This document shows positions 9,663 to 18,934 of a stretch of 64,000 nt of DNA, in pieces. Under the pieces are notes generated by a model, which was given only the letters and a program-made list of their open reading frames with translations, was not told the origin of the DNA and made no database searches. Every line of letters starts with the position of its first letter. Position 1 is the first letter of the stretch. Source of the DNA: an uncultured bacterium (GTDB lineage: Bacteria; Bacillota_I; Bacilli_A; RFN20; CAG-826); assembly GCA_949291375.1 (NCBI GenBank), contig CASEVI010000003.1, positions 14,224 to 78,223 of the forward strand, given 5' to 3'. Made by a program: the position numbers and the translations under genes.

Positions 9663-9942
9663 ATGGAGTATAAAAAACTAGGTTCAAGCAATAATGATAT
9701 AATCCCTAATGTGTGGTATGGGGGGGGAGATTGTAGATAAGATATCGCAAAGAGTTGAGCAAGGTAGTTCTCAATGGATGCACCTATATTATTGGGTCAA
9801 TAATAACGACTTTGATGTTATATTTGCTAATTATATTAACAATAATTTGGAATTTAGAACAATGAAAGCAAAAAGTGAAGTATTCATAGGGGAATTAAGT
9901 TCATTACCTAAAGATATAAAAATGGCTATGAAAATAGAATAA
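9663..9942 (+). pseudogene. family member P4 (MEYKKLGSS...WYGGG), frameshifted (phase-OFF) at a G8 tract at 9720-9727
   Basis: RBS AAGGAG; the ORF stops at 9740 after G8; deleting one G fuses it in-frame to the 9709..9942 ORF, giving a roughly 92-aa protein. Confidence 0.65.
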
Positions 9943-9943
9943 A

Positions 9944-9968
9944 AAGAGACCGAAAAGTCTCTTTTTTT
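9944..9968 (+). terminator. rho-independent terminator
   Basis: AAAGAGAC-cgaaa-GTCTCTTTTTTT. Confidence 0.7.
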
Positions 9969-9974
9969 CTTGCA

Positions 9975-9994
9975 TATATATATATATATATATA
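9975..9994. repeat. (TA)10 dinucleotide repeat upstream of P5
   Basis: 20-nt alternating TA, 8 nt before the ATG at 10003. Confidence 0.9.
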
Positions 9995-10002
9995 CTATTC
10001 CT

Positions 10003-10392
10003 ATGGAATATAAAAAATTAGAGTTAGGTGGGAAAAAGTTATATCAACATAATTTATATTTTTCAGTTAGTCAATTTGCTACAGATAGAGCAAACATTTA
10101 TATGTCTTTTATAAACGAAGATAGTAGTGAAATAACTAATTTAGGTAGCATTATTCAATTTTTATATAATAATGGTTTTTATGATGATGACCATCCATAT
10201 CCAGTTAATGGTTTTTATTATAACAATACAAATGCTTCAAATAAAATAAGAGCTATTGCATTAAGTATAGAGTATTATATAGATAGATTAAGAGTAACGT
10301 CTTATATTCCAGATACAAATACCGCTCATATATCAAGTTACACCGAAAGTGATTGTAATTTTGTTTATGACACAGTCTTCAAAGTAAATTAA
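10003..10392 (+). CDS. small paralog family member P5 (MEYKKLELGGKKLYQHN..., 130 aa)
   Basis: Internal ATG of track ORF 9970..10392; the upstream MHIYIYIY is read-through of the TA repeat; shares LYQHN with P7. Confidence 0.65.
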   Translation: MEYKKLELGGKKLYQHNLYFSVSQFATDRANIYMSFINEDSSEITNLGSIIQFLYNNGFYDDDHPYPVNGFYYNNTNASNKIRAIALSIEYYIDRLRVTSYIPDTNTAHISSYTESDCNFVYDTVFKVN

Positions 10393-10419
10393 AAAGATAC
10401 CAATTAAGGTATCTTTTTT
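10391..10419. terminator. bidirectional terminator between convergent P5 and P6
   Basis: AAAAAGATACC-aatta-GGTATCTTTTTT. Confidence 0.7.
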
Positions 10420-10426
10420 ATTATAT

Positions 10427-10805
10427 TATGGTGCTGATGGACCACTACCTTGTGTAAGCGTGATTTTCAAATTGTTTGTTAATGGAATAATAGCAAAATT
10501 AGAAGATTGGTTTTTTTCAAAATTATCATCAATATCTTTCAAAGTAGTTGTTCCATTATCATCAATTAAAACAACTACATTATTATTATCGGTTGACGTA
10601 AGAATTATTTTGCATGAACCAGTTATTTTAAAAAAACTGCAATTATAATTTTTTTGTATCTGTGGCGTTAATCTTTCTTCATAGTATATTCCATTTTCTA
10701 CAATTGAAATAACTACGGCTACACCATTAATACTTTTAATATCTAGGAATACTTGTTTATCTGTGTTATTAATAACACCCCCCCCCCGAGTTTCTTGTAT
10801 TGCAT
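10427..10805 (-). pseudogene. family member P6 (MQYKKLGGG...), frameshifted (phase-OFF) at a G10 tract (plus-strand C10 at 10778-10787)
   Basis: RBS GGAGGT; ATG overlaps the P7 stop (TAATG); with G10 the ORF stops after 20 aa; with G11 or G8 it reads about 125 aa to the stop at 10427-10429. Confidence 0.6.
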
Positions 10806-11161
10806 TATTTTACCTCCTTGAAATAATCATAAATTTCAGTCACATTAGAAGCGATAACATTTGATGATCCATAACCACCACCATCACTATTCATAATAAT
10901 TTGAAATGTTAAAATATTATTACTCTGTGAAACTCTAACAGCTAAAATGTATTTTTCTTTACCTACATAATATCCATTAGCTAAAAAATAATTAGTTCCA
11001 ATGAAACCAGCATCATATAGCCGTTTTTTTATTTCATCTAAACTCATCGAATGATTTGTTTCATTAACGATAGAATTTAAACAAACAAAACCACTACTCA
11101 ATTTTATACATATATTGTGTTGATACAAATGTTGGGTGTTTTTTACTGAACTATAATTCAT
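10805..11161 (-). CDS. small paralog family member P7 (MNYSSVKNTQHLYQHN..., 118 aa)
   Basis: Second ATG, with GGAG 6 nt upstream; the track ORF starts 15 nt earlier, overlapping the fibre stop. Confidence 0.65.
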   Translation of the reverse strand: MNYSSVKNTQHLYQHNICIKLSSGFVCLNSIVNETNHSMSLDEIKKRLYDAGFIGTNYFLANGYYVGKEKYILAVRVSQSNNILTFQIIMNSDGGGYGSSNVIASNVTEIYDYFKEVK

Positions 11162-11175
11162 AAATTCTCCTTTCA

Positions 11176-13695
11176 TTAATCACTTAAGAAATATAATTCT
11201 CCGTTATACATTGCAAATCTAGGACTTGAAGAAGTTGGGTTATTAAATTCGCTTTCTGTAATTGTAGGAACTGATCCTAAATTTCCAGCCTCTCCGTTTG
11301 CTCCTGCTGGTCCTTGTGGTCCAGTTTGACCTATAGGACCTTTAATATTAACTGTATTTGGATTTGCTAGGTTTTTATCATTTGTCCAAGATAAATTACC
11401 ACTTGCGTCGACACTAGGTGTAAATGTTGCTCCGTTTGCTCCAGCAGGTCCTGTTGCTCCAGTATCTCCTTTTAAACCAGTCTCGCCTTGTGGACCTTGA
11501 GGACCTTGAATACCTCTAGGAAGTTTTAAATTCATATTGTAAATCCCACTTCCTTGGCTTGTTTCAGTGAATGTCGCAGTAGGACTTGCATCGCTATCTA
11601 ACATTTCAACTATAATTGATTGTAAAATAGGTGTTGATCCAGTATCACCTTTTGGTCCAGTTCCACCACGAGGCAATCCAAAATTTAAAATTAATGCTGT
11701 ATTAGTTCCGCTATTAGTAACCGTTGCATTGCTTCCACTTGCTAATGTAGTAATTTCACCAATATCAATTGTTGGTGTTTTGCCATCTTTACCAACAGCA
11801 CCATTAATAACTTCATAAGTAAATGTAGAACCATCCGTAAAAGTAATAAGATAAGTATCAACTAAACCACTTGTTCCTTGCTTTACAATAGAAGAAATTC
11901 CATTACCTTGTTCGCCCTTATCTCCTTTATCGCCTTTTGGACCAATATTTCCTTGTAAATTAGCAACAAATTGATAAGAACTATCACCTTTGATATAAAC
12001 CGAACCATTATCTTGAGACCCTTCAGTATTATCGTTAATAATTACTAAAGATCCAATTTCTAATCCATCAGTTGCGTAAGAATTATTCATTTCTTCGACG
12101 CTAGAATAGGTTTTACTGTAGGTTCCTGGTGCGCCTGGTTCGCCTCTAATACCTTTAAATTCAAAGTTAATAACTTTACCTTCACTTGGACCACTAACTG
12201 TAGCAGTGGCTGTAGGAGAAGCAAGATATTGATTATCGACCGATACATTTACTTGAGCAATATCTGCTGGATTACCAGTATCTCCTTTTTCTCCTTTTTC
12301 TCCCGTATCACCTTTAGCACCAGTGTCTCCTTTTGGTCCTTGAGGAATTTTTAATTTAAAATTAAATATTTTTGCTGTATCTGGTCCAGTTGCAGTAACT
12401 TCTCCTTCTGCTAATACCCCAGGAGCCAATGTTTCTACTTCAATTGTTGGAGTTCCAAATCCAGCTGGAAGACCAGTAGCACCAGTTTGACCAGTATCTC
12501 CTTTATCTCCCTTCATTCCTTTATAGATAACACCATTAACTTTCATTGAGAATAATCCAATGGCTGTTGTTTCACTATAATCATCTGGATTAGCAATAAA
12601 GTGATTTGTAATTCTATCTCCCAAGTTTTTGACGTCAGTTTGTCTATTCAAAACTTCATTGGCAATATCATCGGCGTTTTTTGTAATTTTTTCTGTTAAA
12701 GAATTATGTTCACTTAAAGCGTCATCTTTAGTTTGATAAGTTTCATCGATTTTTCTCCCTTTTGAATCATTTGTTGATCGATTTGAATCAGAAGCATATA
12801 TATTCTTGCCATTAATAGTTTTTACTCTATTAGATGTATCAATAGTTAAATCATCATCTAAAACACTTCTACTTTCTAAATCGGTTAAATCATTTTCCAA
12901 ATTTTCGATAGCGTTTTCGTTATTGCTTACTCTAGTAGTCAAAGAGGTTAATGATGTTTCTAAACTTTTTGCAAATTCAAATGAAGTTATAGATTTTGTA
13001 ATAGTTGAAGCATTAGGTTCGCCACCAGTTACTTTAATTAAAATGTTGCCTTCATTTAATTCATCATCAACTATTTCTATTTTTTGGATTGAATTAGTAA
13101 TTGAAGTTAAAGGAATATATGCTTTTGTCCCATCAGTTGATTCAAAAACTAATTGTTCATTTACGCTATCATAAGAAAGTTTAAGACCTAATTTTTCAGC
13201 ATTAGTATCGATAATTGTTGTTGTTCCGTTATTATGAGTGAATATATATGTTCCAATTTGAGAATTATAAGTAACGGATTTAATATCATTAGCAAGAACA
13301 CTCTTAATATCACTAACTGAAGTATCAAATTTTGTTTCTATTCTAGCTTCTTCTTCACTTGCTCTTTTTATTTCATTACTTAAAGAAGAACTTAAAGTGT
13401 TGTAATTTTTTTCTAATATTTCAATTCTTGACTTGTAATTAGCTAAAGATGTTTCTATTGCTGAAACTCTTGATTGCAAATCATCAATGTCTGCGTCTGT
13501 AATAGTATCTTTTGCTTTAATTGCTTCGATTTCATCTTGAGCATCTTCAAAAAGAGAATTAAGATTTTTCCCTTCAGTTGAAACTTCGACAATCAAGTCA
13601 TAAAGAGTAATATCTGGTTTATAATTTGTTTCCTTAATTACCTTTGCAGAAAAATTCTTTTCACTTGGATCATCTGGTAAAATCTTTTGAGTCAT
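11176..13695 (-). CDS. collagen-like tail fibre protein (839 aa)
   Basis: N-terminal coiled-coil, then multiple Gly-X-Y runs (GPKGDTGAKGDTGEKGEKGDTG, GIQGPQGPQGETGLKGDTGATGPAGANG). Confidence 0.8.
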   Translation of the reverse strand: MTQKILPDDPSEKNFSAKVIKETNYKPDITLYDLIVEVSTEGKNLNSLFEDAQDEIEAIKAKDTITDADIDDLQSRVSAIETSLANYKSRIEILEKNYNTLSSSLSNEIKRASEEEARIETKFDTSVSDIKSVLANDIKSVTYNSQIGTYIFTHNNGTTTIIDTNAEKLGLKLSYDSVNEQLVFESTDGTKAYIPLTSITNSIQKIEIVDDELNEGNILIKVTGGEPNASTITKSITSFEFAKSLETSLTSLTTRVSNNENAIENLENDLTDLESRSVLDDDLTIDTSNRVKTINGKNIYASDSNRSTNDSKGRKIDETYQTKDDALSEHNSLTEKITKNADDIANEVLNRQTDVKNLGDRITNHFIANPDDYSETTAIGLFSMKVNGVIYKGMKGDKGDTGQTGATGLPAGFGTPTIEVETLAPGVLAEGEVTATGPDTAKIFNFKLKIPQGPKGDTGAKGDTGEKGEKGDTGNPADIAQVNVSVDNQYLASPTATATVSGPSEGKVINFEFKGIRGEPGAPGTYSKTYSSVEEMNNSYATDGLEIGSLVIINDNTEGSQDNGSVYIKGDSSYQFVANLQGNIGPKGDKGDKGEQGNGISSIVKQGTSGLVDTYLITFTDGSTFTYEVINGAVGKDGKTPTIDIGEITTLASGSNATVTNSGTNTALILNFGLPRGGTGPKGDTGSTPILQSIIVEMLDSDASPTATFTETSQGSGIYNMNLKLPRGIQGPQGPQGETGLKGDTGATGPAGANGATFTPSVDASGNLSWTNDKNLANPNTVNIKGPIGQTGPQGPAGANGEAGNLGSVPTITESEFNNPTSSSPRFAMYNGELYFLSD

Positions 13696-13786
13696 TTGCT
13701 CAAATTGAGACTTATTTTGCGTAAGTCTATTTACTAAATCTTCAAATTTTACTTTAATTTGTTCATCTGCCGTTAACTATACCCCC

Positions 13787-14884
13787 TTATAATTTAATTG
13801 GTTCTTTATGCTCTATTTGAACTGGCTGATTTTCTTTTAATCTTTGATATTCTTCAAATTCTTCTTTGGTTAAAACTTGCTGTTCTGCTTTTCTTTTTTC
13901 TTCTTCCTTTTTAAACTCTTCCATTTGTTTAACAAATTTTTCGTGATTAGACATAGGAACCCAAGTTTTCAATTCGACTGCTTTTTTGAATATTGTTAAG
14001 AAAGTTGATTTTGTTTCTAAATCTTCTATCTCAAATCCATTAATACCATAAGCAATCATATAGCCAGTTCCTAATCCACTTATTGCAGTAAATATACGAG
14101 AAAACAAATTGTAATAGGCTTGCCAGTCTCCAGCATTCATAAAATCTTTAGTGGTTAAGGCAGCGAATAGGAATGAAAGAGATAAACCCATAACTACTCT
14201 TATTAATCTCCCACCCCATCTAAAATATTTCTTCTTCTTTTCAATTCGTTCTGGTAAATCTTGATCGGTTAATACATCATAGGTAGAATATTCACTTAAA
14301 TAATAAATTGCTGTAGTGATACCGATTTTTGTATGTTGCAAAACATCAAGAATAATATTCTTTTGTTCTTTAGTAATTGTAAAAAATTCTATTCCATGAA
14401 CTTCCATTGGTTGATGATCTAATATTTCAATTTGAGAAAGTTTTAAATTTTCAACAATATCTCTTGCTTGTGATATTCCAGCATTTGTAATTAAAGCAAT
14501 TTTTTTATCTTTTAATGTTTTTTCTCTATAGTCGATATGATAATCATTAAAGTAAGGAACAATATCATCAATGGAATTTCTAATTGTTCGATATTTTTTT
14601 AATGAAACTTGATATTTACCATTAGGTCTTTCCATTATTGTATTTTTGAAACTTTCGCCAATTACCATAAAGATAATTAAGATACCAGTAAGTAATAAAG
14701 CATTTGAGAGCCAATTGCCAAAATCAAAATTTTCAAAATCAAAACCAAATTGAGCAATTGAAAGAATAACAACAATAACTAAACCAATAATTAACATTGA
14801 TAAAGATAAAGTTGTTCGAGTAAATGCTTTTGTGATTATTTTTGATAATCTTCCTTGCTTAACTTCTGTTTTTACTTCTTCCAT
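13787..14884 (-). CDS. membrane protein (365 aa, multiple TM helices, charged C-terminal tail)
   Basis: Hydrophobic segments; EEFKKEEEKRKAEQQ tail. Confidence 0.6.
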   Translation of the reverse strand: MEEVKTEVKQGRLSKIITKAFTRTTLSLSMLIIGLVIVVILSIAQFGFDFENFDFGNWLSNALLLTGILIIFMVIGESFKNTIMERPNGKYQVSLKKYRTIRNSIDDIVPYFNDYHIDYREKTLKDKKIALITNAGISQARDIVENLKLSQIEILDHQPMEVHGIEFFTITKEQKNIILDVLQHTKIGITTAIYYLSEYSTYDVLTDQDLPERIEKKKKYFRWGGRLIRVVMGLSLSFLFAALTTKDFMNAGDWQAYYNLFSRIFTAISGLGTGYMIAYGINGFEIEDLETKSTFLTIFKKAVELKTWVPMSNHEKFVKQMEEFKKEEEKRKAEQQVLTKEEFEEYQRLKENQPVQIEHKEPIKL

Positions 14885-15148
14885 TTAAAACTTATCCTTT
14901 CCTTTATAGCAATAAATATAAATAATGAGCATAACGATAATAGGTATAACGACAAATAAACCGATAAAATAAAAGACTATTGCAGTAGGCGAGATTAAAT
15001 ATTCAAGCACATACCAACCACTAGCATAAGCACCAACTACGAAAACAATTAAGCCAACAACAAGAAAGATAATTGTTCCAATTACTGACCAAAATAATTT
15101 CTTGTTTTCATAAAATTTATGTAGTTTTTGCTTTAACTTTTCTAACAT
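14885..15148 (-). CDS. small 2-TM membrane protein (holin-like, 87 aa)
   Basis: Two long hydrophobic helices; basic C-terminus. Confidence 0.55.
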   Translation of the reverse strand: MLEKLKQKLHKFYENKKLFWSVIGTIIFLVVGLIVFVVGAYASGWYVLEYLISPTAIVFYFIGLFVVIPIIVMLIIYIYCYKGKDKF

Positions 15149-15669
15149 TAATCTACTACCTCAATATTCGTATCTTCTTTTGTTTTCTTTTCTTTTTTTA
15201 AGCCTCTCATTTCATTTCTCATTGTTCTAGCACTTGCTGTTCCACTCTTATAATCTTCAAGCCAAGACTTACGATTTTGAGAAAGAACATTTAATGTTGC
15301 ACAAATTAACATTCCAGCACCTAAACAAGCACAAATGATAGTTATATCTTGGAAAATATTAGTTAATAGATAAGTAATTCCAGCACCAGCGAACCAATAT
15401 AAAGAATTAAAAAATAAAATGATTTTTTTATCTTCAATTTTCTTTGCAACTTGAACGATTGCTAAACCTAAACAAATTGCGAGAAGAATAATTGAAATAG
15501 AAAAGTTTGTTTTACCTTTTTCAGTGTCCAAAGGAAAATATTTATTAAAATTACAAGCAACAAGGATTAAACAAGGAAGAATTAAGCCAATATAAGAAAA
15601 CATTTTTGAGAGGTAATATTGCCAACGATAATGTTTAATCCATTCATCATTAGTTCTTTCTTTCTTCAT
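15148..15669 (-). CDS. membrane protein (173 aa, 3-4 TM)
   Basis: Hydropathy; start overlaps the next gene. Confidence 0.55.
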   Translation of the reverse strand: MKKERTNDEWIKHYRWQYYLSKMFSYIGLILPCLILVACNFNKYFPLDTEKGKTNFSISIILLAICLGLAIVQVAKKIEDKKIILFFNSLYWFAGAGITYLLTNIFQDITIICACLGAGMLICATLNVLSQNRKSWLEDYKSGTASARTMRNEMRGLKKEKKTKEDTNIEVVD

Positions 15670-16126
15670 TTTCTTTTACCTCACTAACGCACATAGTTAA
15701 TTTTTTTGCAGTTCCATTAGCGACCATTTTTGAGTCATGTTGAGCAATTTGAACTTGATTATCTAAAACAATATCTAACTTTTTATTGGCTAATTCTGTT
15801 GTTTTTAAAGTCTCTTCATAATGCTTCCTTAAATCTTCCATTTTAGAGATTTCTTGATTATATTTTTCGATTAATAAATTCAAATTCTCTTTTAACTTTG
15901 CTACATCATCTGTAAATTGATTTGCACTTCTTGAAAACTTTAAAATTCCTAAATCTAAATTTGATTTACTAGCAAAATTAATTACTAATGTGATTAATGC
16001 TGAAGCACAAGCACCTATAGTTGCTCCACCTAAATATTTTGAAACATTTTCGTTCCACCATTCATTAACACCAGAAGATGTAAAGTAAGTAGAAACTATT
16101 AATGCTCCTATTGATAAAACAAGCAA
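15650..16126 (-). CDS. membrane-anchored coiled-coil protein (158 aa, TTG start in track)
   Basis: N-terminal TM helices then a helical segment; start codon uncertain. Confidence 0.5.
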   Translation of the reverse strand: MLVLSIGALIVSTYFTSSGVNEWWNENVSKYLGGATIGACASALITLVINFASKSNLDLGILKFSRSANQFTDDVAKLKENLNLLIEKYNQEISKMEDLRKHYEETLKTTELANKKLDIVLDNQVQIAQHDSKMVANGTAKKLTMCVSEVKENEERKN

Positions 16127-16173
16127 AACATATAAAACAACTTTAATAAATTTTTTCGTTATCTCATCCCCCT

Positions 16174-18786
16174 TTATCTAATGTTGCTTCCTAATGAATA
16201 AACAAAACTAATTCTTGAAAGGACTGAATTTGTATCGTTATTATTGCTAAACTTCAATACAACATAAGGTCTTTTAAGAATTTTTTTGTAAATTGTTTGA
16301 TATTTAATTGGAACCTTATTTTGTATCAAGTTATAAAGATTAAAATTAACATTTGCTAAATTTAAACCTTTGTTATCTTTCATTGACACAACATAAGGAC
16401 TATCGTTAATACTTATTGCGTTATCAATTTGTTCAATATCAGTTTCGTTTTGTTCATCACTATCATTTGCTATAGTAATAGACCAAATATTTTTGAAATA
16501 ACTCATTGTCGTATCATTAAATAAAATAGGCGAAGTAACATAAAAACAATTTATATTTTCTCTATGGAATAATCTTCCATAAGTATTTCCGTTTTCAGCA
16601 AAAGTAAAATCTTTAACAACTATTTTATTATTAGCAGTATCAATTGAGCCAATACTAAACTCATCTAATAATAAATATGCGTCTCCTTCAGCCATAAACA
16701 TTACTTCTGGAATATATGACGAAATATCAAATGTGTTAGTTGAAAGTCTATTTAAGATATATTCCTGACCCAAATATTCTATGATCAATTTGTCGTTCAA
16801 TTTTTCTAATAACTCAGTATTAAGGACAGTAAATAATCGATTTGTTAAATCAATTGTGTAATCTTCGTTTATTGTTCCAAGAATACATTTAATTCTCGAA
16901 TTTAATTTAAAAGTATCTCCAACATTAACTTTGCCAATTTTAGATGAAGGAATTGTGATATTACTTGTATCAATTTCAGTTAAAACTTCTCCTTCAGTAA
17001 AATCAAAATAAGTTTCATCATAATAAATATTTTTGTTCCTAAATAAGAAAATTTTCCCATTATCAGTAGAAAGATATAACTTATTTTCGAATTCAAACAT
17101 TGAAATAAAATTATGGTTAAAAGTTAGGTGATACCATTCATAATTATCTGTTGGGTCTTCACCATATTTATTAATAAACATTTCGTTATTATTAACAAAA
17201 TATAAACAATCACTATCTTGATAAATAAATGAATTAGAAATATCCAAATCGTGTAAATATTTATCAATATAATAACTTGCTGTATAGGCGTATCTTTGAT
17301 TATCGTATGATTTTGTTTCTTTAATTAAATGATCAATTTTTTTATCATTACCAATAAAAACAGTATCACCATTATAATTTGTGATTTTCATATAATCATT
17401 AAGTGAAACACCAATATTTCCAACTGTTAAAGAATATTCTGGCTCATATAAAGTTGCTCCTACTAAATCGGTTAATGTTTCTCCAATATCACTTTTCACA
17501 GCAACTAATTGACCAGTTCTAAAATAAATTGTTGGTTCGTATTTTTGATATTTCTTCATTACAAGCAAGTCGCCAGTTCCTAAAACATCATAACCTAAAA
17601 TAGGATTAGCATTATCTTCTCCATAATCACACCAACTATCATCTGGAAAATAAACTAAATCTTTAATTGTAATTCTTTCAGCTTCTTCTTCGCTTAAAGA
17701 TGAGGCATTAATCGTTTCGCTATGCCAGTCTCTACTAGGATAAGAAGGATTTCCACTAACAAAAAGTGAATTAATATTATTTGAGTTATAAACTTTGCCA
17801 ATAAAACAAGTATCTATGAAGTTATTTTCATAATTGTCTTCGTTATAGCAAGGAAAAGTAAATGTGCAGTTATTTTCGCTATTAGGATTGTTATAGTCGT
17901 TAAATAAAACTACTGAACCACTTAAATTAATATAACCATAAATTCTAAATGCTTGTTCATTTTCGCTTACGTCATTACAAGTGATAGTCATTGTTTTTAA
18001 ACTTTCTTTATAACTATCATTAAAATCGCCTTCATCATAATTGACTAAAATATAAAGCCCATCAATTGTAGGGTCTTGAATTAATTTATCTTCGACTTGG
18101 TCATTAACACCTCTTAAATTCAAACCTTTACAGAAAACTGCTTTTAAATGAGCGATACGAATTGATGAGTTTTGGTCAACTTCAAATTGTTCAGTATCGT
18201 TATCATAAAACTCAATATCAAGAGTCATTTGTTCTAATTCGTTTTGGTCTTTAAATGTAATTGGACTATCGAGTTGAAATTCTTGTGTAACATCAATAAT
18301 TACTTCACTTGTTTCTTCATTTCTATTTAAGCCAGTAATAAATTTATTTTTTCTCCAATAAGTAAGTAAATTAGCACCATCTAAACTTTGCCTATAACCA
18401 TTGACTGCACTATCAACTGGCGTAATTCCTATTGTGGTTGTTGGTGTATAAACATATTCACTTCCGACAACATTTTCGATTTTTAATTTATTGGTTGTTT
18501 CATCTAAAAAGCAAATAAGATATTTCTTACCACCTAAAATATAAAGTCTGTTATTAGTAGGAAAAGCACATACTTCTCTATCTAAAAGAGCATTATTTCC
18601 ATATGGTGGGTCAATTTCGCTAAATTCTAAATCTCCATTCTCTTTTTTTGTAATTTCATAAAGTGAGCCACTAACATTAGCAATATAATGCTTCTTATTA
18701 TTTGTATCATCAAAAGACCATACATTATGAACTTTTTGATTGCTTGAAAGTTGAGAAACTTGTTTAATTCCCCATCTTTTTTGCAA
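16174..18786 (-). CDS. large virion structural protein (870 aa), putative tail protein
   Basis: Size and position between head and fibre genes. Confidence 0.6.
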   Translation of the reverse strand: MQKRWGIKQVSQLSSNQKVHNVWSFDDTNNKKHYIANVSGSLYEITKKENGDLEFSEIDPPYGNNALLDREVCAFPTNNRLYILGGKKYLICFLDETTNKLKIENVVGSEYVYTPTTTIGITPVDSAVNGYRQSLDGANLLTYWRKNKFITGLNRNEETSEVIIDVTQEFQLDSPITFKDQNELEQMTLDIEFYDNDTEQFEVDQNSSIRIAHLKAVFCKGLNLRGVNDQVEDKLIQDPTIDGLYILVNYDEGDFNDSYKESLKTMTITCNDVSENEQAFRIYGYINLSGSVVLFNDYNNPNSENNCTFTFPCYNEDNYENNFIDTCFIGKVYNSNNINSLFVSGNPSYPSRDWHSETINASSLSEEEAERITIKDLVYFPDDSWCDYGEDNANPILGYDVLGTGDLLVMKKYQKYEPTIYFRTGQLVAVKSDIGETLTDLVGATLYEPEYSLTVGNIGVSLNDYMKITNYNGDTVFIGNDKKIDHLIKETKSYDNQRYAYTASYYIDKYLHDLDISNSFIYQDSDCLYFVNNNEMFINKYGEDPTDNYEWYHLTFNHNFISMFEFENKLYLSTDNGKIFLFRNKNIYYDETYFDFTEGEVLTEIDTSNITIPSSKIGKVNVGDTFKLNSRIKCILGTINEDYTIDLTNRLFTVLNTELLEKLNDKLIIEYLGQEYILNRLSTNTFDISSYIPEVMFMAEGDAYLLLDEFSIGSIDTANNKIVVKDFTFAENGNTYGRLFHRENINCFYVTSPILFNDTTMSYFKNIWSITIANDSDEQNETDIEQIDNAISINDSPYVVSMKDNKGLNLANVNFNLYNLIQNKVPIKYQTIYKKILKRPYVVLKFSNNNDTNSVLSRISFVYSLGSNIR

Positions 18787-18934
18787 AAGATTATTTCTAA
18801 TAATGTAATTTTCACTATCAATAGAGCGATAATCTTCTACTGTTAATTTTTTATTTGTATAATCGCAACCAAAAAAATAATCAATTTGATATGGATAACG
18901 TTTTTGGATTGTTGCAGTTGTTGGTAATACTAAT

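Noticed and set aside
9275-9994. CRISPR array or other interspaced repeat
   Set aside because: The only repeats are simple (TA)n and homopolymers. There are no spacer-repeat periodicity and no cas genes.
9970-10002. N-terminal extension MHIYIYIYTIP of track ORF 9970..10392
   Set aside because: It is a translation of the (TA)10 repeat. The family-conserved start MEYKKL is at 10003.
11567-13174. Plus-strand ORFs 11567..11818 and 12806..13174
   Set aside because: They are nested antisense within the collagen-like fibre gene.
8557-13695. Diversity-generating retroelement acting on the fibre or paralog region
   Set aside because: No reverse transcriptase ORF (no YxDD-containing candidate) and no template/variable repeat pair were found in the window.
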